NCBI GenBank assembly: GCA_963662435.1
Contig: OY759598.1
Location: forward strand, 124,001 to 188,000
Reading direction: 5' to 3'
DNA length: 64,000 nt
Source of the DNA: Dehalococcoidia bacterium
GTDB taxonomy: Bacteria > Chloroflexota > Dehalococcoidia > Lucifugimonadales > VXLM01
Every line of letters begins with the position of its first letter. Positions within the stretch are counted from its first letter, which is position 1. This document shows, in pieces, positions 9,352 through 19,018 of the stretch. The notes under the pieces were generated by a model. It saw only the letters and a list, made by a program, of their open reading frames with translations. It did not search any database and had not been told where the DNA came from. The position numbers and the translations under genes were made by a program.

Positions 9352-11069
9352 TCCCAGCCCAGCAGGTCGAACCAGCTGCGCAGGCCGTCGGCGTGCTCCT
9401 GCTCGGCGGGCGGGTCCTCCGGTTCCGGCTCCGGCATGACCAGGGCCTCGAAGGGGTCGTCTGCTCTCACGCCGGTCTCCAACGACATGCCCTCTTCGCG
9501 GCTGCCCGAGATGGGCAAGCGCTCGATCACCTCGGCCTTCACGTGCTCCTCGTGCAGGACGTCCACCGTCACCTCCCTGGCGATGGTGGCGCTGGGGACG
9601 TAGGCGTAGGCCGTTGCGGTGGCGGACTCTGTGGCGCCGTCCTCGTTGGTGACGGTCACCGTCTGGCTGTCGTAGTCGCTGGCCCCCGGACGATGCAGGT
9701 GCACGGTCCTGGTGACCTGTTCCACGCGCTCCGGGTGGTGTGTCAGTTGGGTCAGCGGGGGGAGAGGGATGCTCAGGGTCGCCTCCAGGTTGACGTCCAC
9801 GGTCACGGGATGAATCGCCTGGCCATCCCCGATGGAAAGCCGGAAGCTGGTCTCGCCGCCGGGGATGAAGGGGACGCTGGCCTGGGACGTTCCGGCGGCT
9901 GCGACGACCGTACCCGTGACCTCCGTCACCTCGGCGTCCACGAGCGCCGTTACGGTGACGCTCTCGTGCCCGGCCACCGTCTGAAGCTCGACCGGCTCAT
10001 CGACGACGGCCACGCAGTCGGACGCGATGACGCCGCTGACGGCGCCCGGCGTCCAGCCGAGGGAAGTGATGCGAAGGTCGCAGAGCTCGCCCTCGACTTC
10101 GGGCAGCGGGTACGGGATCTGCTCGTGCTGGACGGTCAGCGCCCCGGCCTGCCCGAGGCCGTCCTCCCACGAGACCGTGAAGGACGGCTTCGGGCCGTTG
10201 AGGGGAAGCGAGTAGTCGACCCGCTCCCCCTCGGCCAGGGTGGCCGACCCCCAGAAGCGGAGCCAGGTCCCCTCCGGGCCGCCGTATGCCCTCACTCGCA
10301 GGTCTATGCTGGTGGCTGCTCTCAGGGTTACGGCGGCCCGGTCTTCGGAGACGGTCAGCTGTTCGACGAATATGCGCCGGCCCTCCACCGGCTCCTCCAC
10401 ATCGAAGTCGATCTCATCCCGCCAGGGCTCGTGGTCGTCGGCCAGGGCCGCCTGGGGGACGGTCACGACCGCCGCCGCCAGGACGGCCAGAGCCGCGATG
10501 GCGAGAAAGCTCCTGTGGGGTTTCCGGCGCCTGATCTCCAGGGTCTCGGCGCTGTGGCCGGTACTCTGCTGGCTGTCCCTGTTCTTGCGGCGCTTGCCAA
10601 ACCAGCCGTGGGGACGGAAGGGCATCCGTCCGTTGCGGCCTTCCTTCTGTCTGTTCTTCTTCTTGCGCAGCCTGCGGAGGGCGCGCTTCGATCTCCGCGC
10701 CATCAGGCGCAGGGGGCCCGGGCCGCTCTTGACCGGCTGAGTGGGCGCGGGCGGCTCACTCCGCACCAACTGGGCGATCTGCCCGGCGTAGAGCCGCGCC
10801 CCCAGCCGGTACTTCAGCAGGTCGGCGGCCACCAACGGCAGCCGCCGACCGCCTATCTTCCCCACGACCATGGCGATGCCGACCAGTCCGAAGACGACGG
10901 CAATTCCCATGCGCACCGCGGACGGGCCAACGGGGGCGTAGCGGTATGCGCCATAGGAGATGGCGCATACCGCCACCACCGCCACGACCTGCGGGAAGGT
11001 GAACCCCAGCAGCACCCGGTCCTCGGCCTGCACGTGAGTCGGTACCTCGTGTTCTCTCATGTCTTTCAT
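9339..11069 (-). CDS. prgI: PrgI (VirB3-like) domain fused to a basic linker, a further TM/signal segment and a large acidic beta-rich exported domain
   Basis: HEVPTHVQAEDRVLLGFTFPQVVAV + 2 TM; immediately upstream of pilin/virB4. Confidence 0.65.
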   Translation of the reverse strand: MKDMREHEVPTHVQAEDRVLLGFTFPQVVAVVAVCAISYGAYRYAPVGPSAVRMGIAVVFGLVGIAMVVGKIGGRRLPLVAADLLKYRLGARLYAGQIAQLVRSEPPAPTQPVKSGPGPLRLMARRSKRALRRLRKKKNRQKEGRNGRMPFRPHGWFGKRRKNRDSQQSTGHSAETLEIRRRKPHRSFLAIAALAVLAAAVVTVPQAALADDHEPWRDEIDFDVEEPVEGRRIFVEQLTVSEDRAAVTLRAATSIDLRVRAYGGPEGTWLRFWGSATLAEGERVDYSLPLNGPKPSFTVSWEDGLGQAGALTVQHEQIPYPLPEVEGELCDLRITSLGWTPGAVSGVIASDCVAVVDEPVELQTVAGHESVTVTALVDAEVTEVTGTVVAAAGTSQASVPFIPGGETSFRLSIGDGQAIHPVTVDVNLEATLSIPLPPLTQLTHHPERVEQVTRTVHLHRPGASDYDSQTVTVTNEDGATESATATAYAYVPSATIAREVTVDVLHEEHVKAEVIERLPISGSREEGMSLETGVRADDPFEALVMPEPEPEDPPAEQEHADGLRSWFDLLGWEWPW

Positions 11070-11089
11070 TCCTCCCTTCTCACTTACGC

Positions 11090-11368
11090 CTACTCGGCGT
11101 CGGGCTTGGGCAGGGCGTCTTCGATGTCGATTCCGGGGTCCACCACCGCGTCCATCACCAGTTCCACGACGCCGTAGGCGACCAGGGCCAGGACGATGCC
11201 CGCCAGGGCGGTCATCATGGCGCTCTTGCCGCGCTCCATCTGATGGGGCGCTCCGCTGGCCGTCAGGTACAGGTACGCGCCGTAGATGAAGAAGCCGACG
11301 CCCACCGCCCCCACGATGCCCAGCAGGATTCCCACCAGGTTCGAAATGGTCTGTGTAAGGTCTTCCAT
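11090..11368 (-). CDS. TrbC/VirB2-like pilin
   Basis: Start taken at MEDLTQ (AGGAGA RBS); FFIYGAYLYLTASGAPHQMERGKSAMMTALAGIVLAL. Confidence 0.7.
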   Translation of the reverse strand: MEDLTQTISNLVGILLGIVGAVGVGFFIYGAYLYLTASGAPHQMERGKSAMMTALAGIVLALVAYGVVELVMDAVVDPGIDIEDALPKPDAE

Positions 11369-11535
11369 TCGTTGTCTCCTCTCTGCTGCCGGTGGCCCTC
11401 TCACGGCCCCGGCGTTCATCTCTTGGTCTTCTCGCCTCTATGACACCCCTCTAACTGCACATCTCTCCGCCTCCGTCGTGGTATTGGTCGGCGCTCTGTC
11501 GTCCGCGCCTGTGTGATTTCGTTGTCTCGGTCGGG

Positions 11536-12513
11536 CTACTCCCCGCTGCTCCTAGGCTCGCCGCCGCCGTCTCCCCCGCCAGCCGATGGGGTCGCCATCG
11601 AAGCCGCCGAGCTGAGACCGGACGCGGCGGCCGACACCCCCGCGCTGGCCGCAATCGCGCCCACCGCCATGCCTCCCGGCCCTCCCGCCGCGCCGCTCAT
11701 CAGCCCGATGGTCCGGGCCGAGCGGACGAACGAGCCGGGCAGGTTCATGCCGAAATAGAGCATCGAGAGCCAGGAGTCGAAGGTCCCGGCGTTGCCCAAC
11801 AGCGACGGCACCCGGGTCGCCATGTAGACGAAGGCCAGGGACATCAGCAGCTTCCAGATCAGGTCCTGCACCGGCTCGAATGCGGAGACGGCGGCGAACT
11901 CGTTGAGGAATCCGAATCCGAGGGCCAGGGCGATGAGTTGGATCGCCTGCTGGAACACCGTCGTCATGAACAGGCGCAGCCAGTGGCGGCCCCAGCCCGC
12001 CGTGTGGGGCAGGACCCACAGCCCCAACGCGATGGGGGCCAAGGCCAGCAGGATGTCGATGAGGGCGAGACGCAGCACCATCTGCACGATCACGTAGAGG
12101 ACGAAGAAGCCGTAGACCAGGTAGAGAAGGGCTAGGATCTGGGCCATGCCCACGCTCCCGGCCTGCACGGCGGTGAGAAACGTGTTGAGGGGCGCCCTTA
12201 GCAGGTCGCCGGGGGTGACGTTGAGGGAGACGGCTATGAAGCCGGACACGGCGTCGGCCACGTCGAGAATCAGGGCGCACCACCAGAGGGACGATGCGGC
12301 GGCCACGAGGCCGAGCACCAGGCGCGGGACCATCTCCCGCCATCCCGCCTGCCGGCTGCCCAGGTGCTCCGACACGATCATGGTCAGGCCCATCCAGCCG
12401 AGGATGACCACCAGGGCGCCGGAGGTGATGGCCCAGACGACCATCCAGGCCTGGCGGACCAGGTCGTTGGCGTAGGTGAGGTCGGGCGGTGTGCCGGTGA
12501 GGATGTCGCTCAT
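11536..12513 (-). CDS. TrbL/VirB6-like polytopic membrane protein
   Basis: Multiple TM helices, RLALIDILLALAPIALGLWVLPHT motif, Gly/Ala-rich tail. Confidence 0.75.
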   Translation of the reverse strand: MSDILTGTPPDLTYANDLVRQAWMVVWAITSGALVVILGWMGLTMIVSEHLGSRQAGWREMVPRLVLGLVAAASSLWWCALILDVADAVSGFIAVSLNVTPGDLLRAPLNTFLTAVQAGSVGMAQILALLYLVYGFFVLYVIVQMVLRLALIDILLALAPIALGLWVLPHTAGWGRHWLRLFMTTVFQQAIQLIALALGFGFLNEFAAVSAFEPVQDLIWKLLMSLAFVYMATRVPSLLGNAGTFDSWLSMLYFGMNLPGSFVRSARTIGLMSGAAGGPGGMAVGAIAASAGVSAAASGLSSAASMATPSAGGGDGGGEPRSSGE

Positions 12514-12516
12514 CGG

Positions 12517-13131
12517 CTATCCGCCCCCGCAGTTGTCGGCGTCCTCGCCGCTGGCTCTTTCGACGACGCCGCAGAGCGATCCGTGGACTCCCTCGATCAC
12601 CCAGCCGGCGAAGGCCCTAGCCCAGCGCCCGGGGTTGAGGGCGGACAGAATCTTGTCCCAGATGCGGCCAGGCTGGTGGATGGGGACGACCGTATAGAAG
12701 TCGCCCCTCTCACCATCCTCGGCGACAGCCAGCATGACCAATAGGTAGGCCCGGTCTCGGTCGAGATCGGGCTGCTCGTCAAGGTCGGGGTACTCCCAGG
12801 AATACTCCCAGCCGTCTGAGCGCTTCTTCTCGCCGCCCCTGACCCGGTACATGGCGCTTATCCAGTCGCCGGTGTCGGCGTCGCGGACGGCGTAGAAGAG
12901 GTCCGCGATCTTGCGGTCGAAGATGGGGCGGGCGACGAACTCGCCGCCCCCCTTGCGCTCCACGAACTCCCGGTCGGCGTTGACCAGGACGATGCCGCCG
13001 CCGAAGGGTTCCTGGGCCAGAGCTACCCCGCTGGCGGGGATGGTCAGAAGCGCCGCCAAGACCAGCGCAATTGCCAGGGGAATAAACCCCCGAAACGACC
13101 GGGTTTTCGATTGCAGCGACAAGTTGTTCAC
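12517..13131 (-). CDS. Exported hypothetical protein, first gene of the transfer operon
   Basis: Signal peptide (..ASGVALA|Q); 3 bp from the virB6-like gene. Confidence 0.6.
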   Translation of the reverse strand: MNNLSLQSKTRSFRGFIPLAIALVLAALLTIPASGVALAQEPFGGGIVLVNADREFVERKGGGEFVARPIFDRKIADLFYAVRDADTGDWISAMYRVRGGEKKRSDGWEYSWEYPDLDEQPDLDRDRAYLLVMLAVAEDGERGDFYTVVPIHQPGRIWDKILSALNPGRWARAFAGWVIEGVHGSLCGVVERASGEDADNCGGG

Positions 13132-13580
13132 CTCTCTGCGGTCTGCTGCGATGCATCTGATTGCATCGTTCGCCAGAGAGTGTGAACGGGCGGACTACGG
13201 CTGGAAACTGCCTGAAAGGTACACCAGATGATGCACCTTATAAGGGACTAGGAAATCAGCCCCTCGCATGCAGTAATGGGGGTGTACAGGAGATGGACTT
13301 GTGTCGGGAAGTCGCAGGTCAGGTCGTGGGCAAGCTGAAAAGGGGGTAAATCACCCCCCTACAGGAGGTGAACAGTGAACACTTTGTTGAAAGGCCGGGT
13401 TCCGGTTCCTGACCCTGAAACTCGCTGGATGTGGGGGTGCAAACACGGCGGCAAAACGGCCGGTGCGTTGGAAAAGGGTGTTTCAAAAGGCGGTGGATGT
13501 GGGGGTGCGTGACGCGGGACGGAGTCGGAAGCAGAGACCGGTCCAAAGCTGAGGACAATTCTTGGGAAGGAGGAAAGTCG

Positions 13581-14423
13581 ATGAAAACGACCGAACACGG
13601 CATCGAGGACAGCAGGGACGTGGAGAACGTCTACCACATGCGGCTCATGGCGCTGTTGCAGGAGCTGGTGCGGGAGAAGGGTTACAAGGGGGCCGCCCGG
13701 GTGCTGGAGATCGACCCGCAGACGGTGACCGAGGCCGCCAAGACCGGGCAACTGACCAGGCGGGTGCGCCAGGCGCTGGAGCGGGCGTTGCAGGAGGGGG
13801 TCGGGTCGGCGGCGGAGCGGCAGCGGAGGCGCAATGACGAGGTCGAGGGCCGGGTCGAGGCCTTGGAGAAGGGACACGACGAGCTGGGCAAGGAGGTTCG
13901 CAGGCGTCTGTCCGGCATCGAGGGCGAGGTGGCGGCTCTGCGACGGGAGGGATCCCAGGGGACCGGGGCCGGTCACGCCGGCGCCGGTCCCTCCCAGGAC
14001 GGTGCAGGCGGTGCGGAGGCCGGTGGAACACGGGCGGACAGAAAACCTCCGACGAAGCCGTCGATGCGGCGGGAGTACCCCGATCTTGTGACCCGGGAGC
14101 CGGCCGACGACGATGAGGAGATATTCGGCGATGCGTGGCCACTGGTCGTGGAGTGGCGGGAGCTGAAGGACGCGCACCCGAACGAGGGCGGGGGCCTTGA
14201 TTGGCTGGCCGCCCAAGAGCGTCTCCTGGTGGTGGAGCTGGCGCTGCTCGAAGAGCACGGCATGACGCTTCCTCCGGAGAGGCAGCCGCTGCGTGGACTC
14301 GATCGGAGCGGGCAGGTCACCTGGCGCAGGACAGCGCTCTTCGACACGCGGAGAGCGCTGGAGAGGGCCGAGCTTGTGCGGAAGGTGCGGCGCATCGTTA
14401 CCTTCGGACTCTGGTGGAAGTGA
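13581..14423 (+). CDS. Hypothetical HTH/coiled-coil protein (possible regulator or replication protein)
   Basis: AGGAGG RBS before ATG 13581; KGAARVLEIDPQTV HTH-like segment; coiled coil. Confidence 0.6.
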   Translation: MKTTEHGIEDSRDVENVYHMRLMALLQELVREKGYKGAARVLEIDPQTVTEAAKTGQLTRRVRQALERALQEGVGSAAERQRRRNDEVEGRVEALEKGHDELGKEVRRRLSGIEGEVAALRREGSQGTGAGHAGAGPSQDGAGGAEAGGTRADRKPPTKPSMRREYPDLVTREPADDDEEIFGDAWPLVVEWRELKDAHPNEGGGLDWLAAQERLLVVELALLEEHGMTLPPERQPLRGLDRSGQVTWRRTALFDTRRALERAELVRKVRRIVTFGLWWK

Positions 14424-14463
14424 CCAAGGGGGCTACGTGCGTCGTGTTGCCGGCCGGCCCGAG

Positions 14464-14500
14464 TGAACTTTTGTTGAACTAAACATGAACTATAGTGAAC
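14464..14500 (+). repeat. Four helically phased TGAAC pentamers in an AT-rich patch
   Basis: TGAAC at 14464, 14475, 14486, 14496 (spacing 11, 11, 10). Confidence 0.6.
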
Positions 14501-14666
14501 GATCTGGGCGGCAGGGCCCAAAAGGTCTTCACATCGGGATTCGGGTGCGGTAATAATGAACACACTGTTTGGCTTTCTCCAAGGTTTCCGACCATAGAAA
14601 CCTGGGTGCGTGATCCCTGTTGCACGGGTTGACCTTAGCGTCACCCACGAGGGAATGCTGGCACTG

Positions 14667-14832
14667 CGGAGTTTGACGTTGGTCCTTCGCAACCAGCACG
14701 GGCCGATTCGACGGAGTTTGACACTGGTCCTTCGTCCTCGGTCCAAGTCCGGCGGTTTGAAGTTTGACGTTGGTCCTTCACCCGCTGGACACCCGTCCGG
14801 TGAGTTGGAGTTGACCGCTTCTCCCGCTGGAC
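14667..14832 (+). repeat. Iteron-like direct repeats AGTTTGAC(GT/AC)TGGTCCTTC
   Basis: 19-bp copies at 14670, 14715, 14761 (period 45-46 bp) and a degenerate fourth near 14809. Confidence 0.7.
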
Positions 14833-15210
14833 TCTGAGGATGGAGCGCCCTCTGCGCCTCGTTCTCGCCCAGTCGGTCGGAGTGCGTCTTTCGCCCCGGC
14901 CGATTCAACATGCCTGCGGCACGGCTGTCTCACAGTCAGGGTCGCAGCTTCGACACGCGCCGGTCTGTAACTTGAGAAGCAGGCTGGCCGCTTCACGTCG
15001 CGCAGCTTCTCCCAACCCGGACGCTATCCACCCTGGGCGAGCTGCGTCTTCTTTCACCCCACTCCGTTTTCCATGTTCGACGTTCGACCGTGGGCGGAGT
15101 GCGTCTTCGGCACGGAGTCACGGGGTCAACGGCATCGGCACACCAGTTCAGCAAGGAGGTACATCGGCATGGACGAATCACGGACACAGTCAAGCGAAGG
15201 AGGTACGGGC

Positions 15211-15684
15211 ATGGCGGAACAGTACGTGGGACCGAGCGCGATGCGGATAGCGAACCTGCTGCCGCACCGGGTCAGCTTCGAGCGGGGCTGGTTCTGGACG
15301 ACGACGGCGGTCTGTCACGGCGGCAAGTCGGACGGGCTGGCGTTTCGGCAGCGACCGGACGGCAACGGCATCGAGGTCAAGTGCCACACCGGGGGCTGCT
15401 CGGCCGGCGTGGTGATAACAGAGCTTGAGGCGCTGATCGGGCTGCCCATCTGGACGGCTTACGCACCGTTGCCTGACACCGCGGTCAAGGCCCCTGAGAA
15501 GCGGCCGTGGTGGAAGCAGCGACGGGTCGTCGTGCCCGCGGTGGTCGCGCTGATCGTCGGGGCGCCGCTGCTGACCCTCGACCTGGAGCTCTTCTTCCTG
15601 AACCTGTTCGGGCTGGGCATCGGGGCGCTGCTGCTCCGGCGGTTCATGCCCCGGCGTCCTCCGATAAGGAGGTTCAGGCGCTGA
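15211..15684 (+). CDS. Primase-type Zn-finger-like domain with a C-terminal membrane anchor
   Basis: AGGAGGT RBS; VCHGGKSDGLAF..IEVKCHTGGCS then two hydrophobic helices and an Arg-rich tail. Confidence 0.5.
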   Translation: MAEQYVGPSAMRIANLLPHRVSFERGWFWTTTAVCHGGKSDGLAFRQRPDGNGIEVKCHTGGCSAGVVITELEALIGLPIWTAYAPLPDTAVKAPEKRPWWKQRRVVVPAVVALIVGAPLLTLDLELFFLNLFGLGIGALLLRRFMPRRPPIRRFRR

Positions 15685-15829
15685 CCGAGGGGGCTCCGGT
15701 CCTCTCACAATCCATCCCAACACGCAAGGGCCGTCTCCCATCCGGGGGCGGCCCTTCTTCTTTGCCCGCAAGCGGGCGCGGATCGAAGGCAACCAAGGCA
15801 ACAAAGCAAAGGCACTTAGGAGGTGCACG

Positions 15830-16321
15830 ATGACCACGGCAACGTTAGTAGCAGGCAATCGGACGATGGACTCGGTGGACAGGCCCAGGCGCAGCCTGGA
15901 GGAGCTGGTCGACCAGCTGTTCGCTGCGATGGGATTCACGAACGAGGCGGAGACTGAGGTGGTAGAGACGCAGGCGCAGGAGCCGAGCGCGGTGCGCTCG
16001 ATCCACGAGGCCCGGCGGCTCCGGCAGGCCGGGGACGTCGACACCGCGCTCGCGGCTCTCGCCGGCGTGGACGCGGCAAAGGCGGCGCCGCGGGAGGCCC
16101 GGTGGGCCTTCGCCGAGTGGAAGCAACTGGTGAAGCGGCGGTTCGGCGGCCGCGGCGCCCTGGTCTACAGCCAGGGCACGGGTCGGGCCGCCGCCCTGGT
16201 GCCCCAGGACGCTGGCGGGTCGCTGGAGGTGGTGGCGGTCCTGGGGATGCGCTGGCGGCCCGGCAAGGTCGTCTCGGGGCGCAGCCTCCGGGGCCTGCGG
16301 CCGCTGACCGGAGGTGCGTGA
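15830..16321 (+). CDS. Hypothetical protein
   Basis: AGGAGGT RBS; TGATG coupling to the primase. Confidence 0.6.
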   Translation: MTTATLVAGNRTMDSVDRPRRSLEELVDQLFAAMGFTNEAETEVVETQAQEPSAVRSIHEARRLRQAGDVDTALAALAGVDAAKAAPREARWAFAEWKQLVKRRFGGRGALVYSQGTGRAAALVPQDAGGSLEVVAVLGMRWRPGKVVSGRSLRGLRPLTGGA

Positions 16322-17364
16322 TGGTCACTGCCACCGTGGACATCGCCGCGCTGAAGGCCCGGCACCCGCTGGGCGACACGGTGGAGGCCGCCGGGGTCCG
16401 TCTCAGGGGAAGGGGCAGGGTCCGCCAGGGCGTCTGCCCCTTCCACGACGAGGCGGAGGGCAGCTTCACGGTGTACGGCGACTCGGAGCGGTTCTACTGC
16501 TTCGGCTGTGGCGAGGGGGGCGACGTCCTGGACTTCATTCAGAAGTCCGAGGGGCTGTCGCTGCCCGAGGCCATCGCGCGGCTGGACGGCAGCCCAGGGC
16601 TTGCGCCCAGGGCCGCCATTCGTCCAGCCGGACCTCGGCGTCCCGAGTACGCCGCGGTGCATCCCCGCGACCCCGACCTGCTGACGGCGGCGGCGCGGTT
16701 CTACGCCGGAGAGCTCCGACGTCGCCCCGAGGGGCGGGAGTACCTGGCCTCGCGGGGCGTCGGCCCGGACGCCGCAGCCCGCCTCGGTCTCGGTTTTGCG
16801 CCGGGCGGCGGGCTGCGGCGGGCCCTGGAGTCCCTCGGCTTCTCGGAGAAGCGTCTCAGGGACTCCGGGCTCTTCATGGAGCGGGGCGCGGAGCGGTTCG
16901 CCGGCAAGGTCGTCGTTCCCGACGTCGCCGGCGGCCTCGTCCGCTGGCTCGCGGGCCGGGCCGTCGCTCCCGACCGGACGCCCAGGTTCCAAGCCCTTCC
17001 CGGGCCCAAGCCGGTGCTCGGCCTCGGTCGTCTCGGCCCGGCTCCTCGGTGGGCGGTCGTCACGGAGGGCGTCTTCGACTGGGTCGCCCTCGCCGCCTGG
17101 GAGTTCCCGGCCTGTGCCGCACTGGGCACCCAAGGCGTTGAACGGGTCGCCGACGTCCTCCGGGGCTGCGCCCGCGTCTTCCTCGCCTTCGACTCGGACG
17201 AGGCGGGACGGGAGGCGACGGAGCGGCTCCTGACCCTGCTGGGACGCAGGGCCGCCGCCGTCCTTCCCCACGGCGTCGACGACGTGGCCGAGCTTGCCGC
17301 ACGGCCGCACGGGCGCGCCGCCTTCCGCAGCCTGCTTGCGCAGGCCGCCCTCTCCGCCCGCTAG
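16321..17364 (+). CDS. DnaG-like DNA primase (CHC2 Zn finger + TOPRIM)
   Basis: CPFHDE..FYCFGCGEGGD; VVTEGVFD; LAFDSDEAG. Confidence 0.9.
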   Translation: MVTATVDIAALKARHPLGDTVEAAGVRLRGRGRVRQGVCPFHDEAEGSFTVYGDSERFYCFGCGEGGDVLDFIQKSEGLSLPEAIARLDGSPGLAPRAAIRPAGPRRPEYAAVHPRDPDLLTAAARFYAGELRRRPEGREYLASRGVGPDAAARLGLGFAPGGGLRRALESLGFSEKRLRDSGLFMERGAERFAGKVVVPDVAGGLVRWLAGRAVAPDRTPRFQALPGPKPVLGLGRLGPAPRWAVVTEGVFDWVALAAWEFPACAALGTQGVERVADVLRGCARVFLAFDSDEAGREATERLLTLLGRRAAAVLPHGVDDVAELAARPHGRAAFRSLLAQAALSAR

Positions 17365-17546
17365 CGGCTCCCCGCCGCTTCCCAGCGGGCCTCCCCGCCC
17401 GCCTTCCCCCACTCCCCACTCTCACCGCCCAGGAGGTCCTATGTCCAATTCGCGACGGGCTCCGCCCGCACACGGCTTCCATTAGGGCAGCCGCTCATCG
17501 GCCATTCGCTACAGGAACGACACCACACAGACAGAAGGAGAACGAG

Positions 17547-18419
17547 ATGTTCAACAGGAACGGACACAACAACGGAAACGGGAGCGCGAACGGCGTCCAC
17601 AAGGACACCGCCGTCGTGGCCCGCAACGGCAACGGGCACAGGCCCGACCCCGCCATCCCCGGTGAGCACGACCTGCTCTGGGACGGGCTCTCGCCCGCGG
17701 TTACGCAGGCGCTCGGACAGCCCCTCGACCCCGAGCTTGCCTCCCAGCGCAAGGGGCGCGGCGGCAGGTCCTTCGACTACCTGGAAGGCCACGTCGTCAT
17801 CGCCCAGGCCAACCGGATATTCGGCTACGGGGGTTGGGGATACGAACTGGTCGGCGACGTGACGCTGCGCCAAGTCGAGACCGTCGATGCCCAGACCGGC
17901 GAGGTGAAGGTCACCTCAGGCTACAGCGCCCCGGTGCGGGTCACCGTGGCGGGCGCTCTGCCCCGCACCGACCTCGGCGTCCATCCGGTGGCCGAGGACA
18001 CCCTGGACGGGCATGACACGGCGATGAAGGGCGCGGTGACCGATGGCATGAAGCGGGCCTTCAGGAGCTTCGGCGTCCAGTTCGGCAACGCCTTCTACGG
18101 CGACCAGCCCCAGGTCGGCAACACCTCTACACCCGAGCGTGTTCCCGTCCAGACCAACGGCAGGTCGGGCCAGGCCCAATCCAGCGGCAACCCCGCCCGG
18201 AACCAGGCCAACGACCGGGCCGAGGCGCAGGCCGAGAAGCTGCGCAAGCGGCTCTTCGAGATCGCCGCCGACCAGGGTCTGGACGAGGACCAGGTGCGGA
18301 GCGCCGTCGTCGACCGGACGGGCAAGAGCATCGACGACCTGACGGCCGGCGAACTCGGGCCGCTGGTCGAAGCCGCCGCCAACAAGCTGCGGCAGATGCA
18401 GCAGGCCCCGGCGGCCTAG
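17547..18419 (+). CDS. Rad52/Rad22-family single-strand annealing protein
   Basis: RKGRGGRSFDYLEGHVVIAQANRIFGYGGW; KGAVTDGMKRAFRSFGVQFGNAFY. Confidence 0.85.
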   Translation: MFNRNGHNNGNGSANGVHKDTAVVARNGNGHRPDPAIPGEHDLLWDGLSPAVTQALGQPLDPELASQRKGRGGRSFDYLEGHVVIAQANRIFGYGGWGYELVGDVTLRQVETVDAQTGEVKVTSGYSAPVRVTVAGALPRTDLGVHPVAEDTLDGHDTAMKGAVTDGMKRAFRSFGVQFGNAFYGDQPQVGNTSTPERVPVQTNGRSGQAQSSGNPARNQANDRAEAQAEKLRKRLFEIAADQGLDEDQVRSAVVDRTGKSIDDLTAGELGPLVEAAANKLRQMQQAPAA

Positions 18420-18511
18420 CCACCGGTCAATCGGGAAAAAGGATTCGAGCGGGGTCGTCTTCGACTGGGGCGGCCCCGCTCCTTCATTACAGGACAAGGA
18501 GGCAACGAGCC

Positions 18512-19018
18512 ATGACAACGACTGAGACCCTGGTAAGCACACCCTGGGGCTGGACGCATGACGTTGTGGAGCTGGCGGAGGGCATCTGGCGAGTCTGGAC
18601 CCCCAGCCACGGCGGGCTGAAGCTCAGCCGGGAGCGGTGGAACGAGCTTCCGGCCGCCGTCCGGGACTCGATGCTCAACCCCGCCTTCGCCGAGGAGGAC
18701 TGCGAGGAGCCCATTGTCCGAACGCTTCTCGGCCTGGGCGACGGCAACGAAAGGGAGATGGCCCTCACGGTAGCGGGCTACTTCGACCGCTACGCCCCGG
18801 CGCTCCCCTACCTTCGCGACTGCCCGCCTGGCCTCCACTACCACGCCATCGCCTTCTCGGGCGGACTCTGCACCGACCCCTTCGGGCGGTTCGACACCCG
18901 CATCGAGGCCGAGTCCTTCGTGGGCGGCGCGGAGATGGTTCGGGCCTACGGGAGGATGGAGGCCATTGAGTGCACCGGGGCGCGCCCGCTCTGCCTCGGA
19001 AAGGCGGGAAGGCCATGA
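18512..19018 (+). CDS. DUF7007-like plasmid leading-region protein
   Basis: STPWG..GIWRVWTPSHGGLKLS..EEDCE. Confidence 0.6.
   Translation: MTTTETLVSTPWGWTHDVVELAEGIWRVWTPSHGGLKLSRERWNELPAAVRDSMLNPAFAEEDCEEPIVRTLLGLGDGNEREMALTVAGYFDRYAPALPYLRDCPPGLHYHAIAFSGGLCTDPFGRFDTRIEAESFVGGAEMVRAYGRMEAIECTGARPLCLGKAGRP

Noticed and set aside
3942..11177. Long plus-strand ORFs (707, 825, 594 aa) and similar antisense ORFs such as 24946..26952
   Set aside because: Shadow frames of GC-rich genes on the opposite strand; no motifs or RBS.
14667..14832. Mini-CRISPR array
   Set aside because: Only three good 19-bp non-palindromic repeats with ~26-bp spacers, and no cas1/cas2 or effector genes. Iteron-like interpretation preferred.
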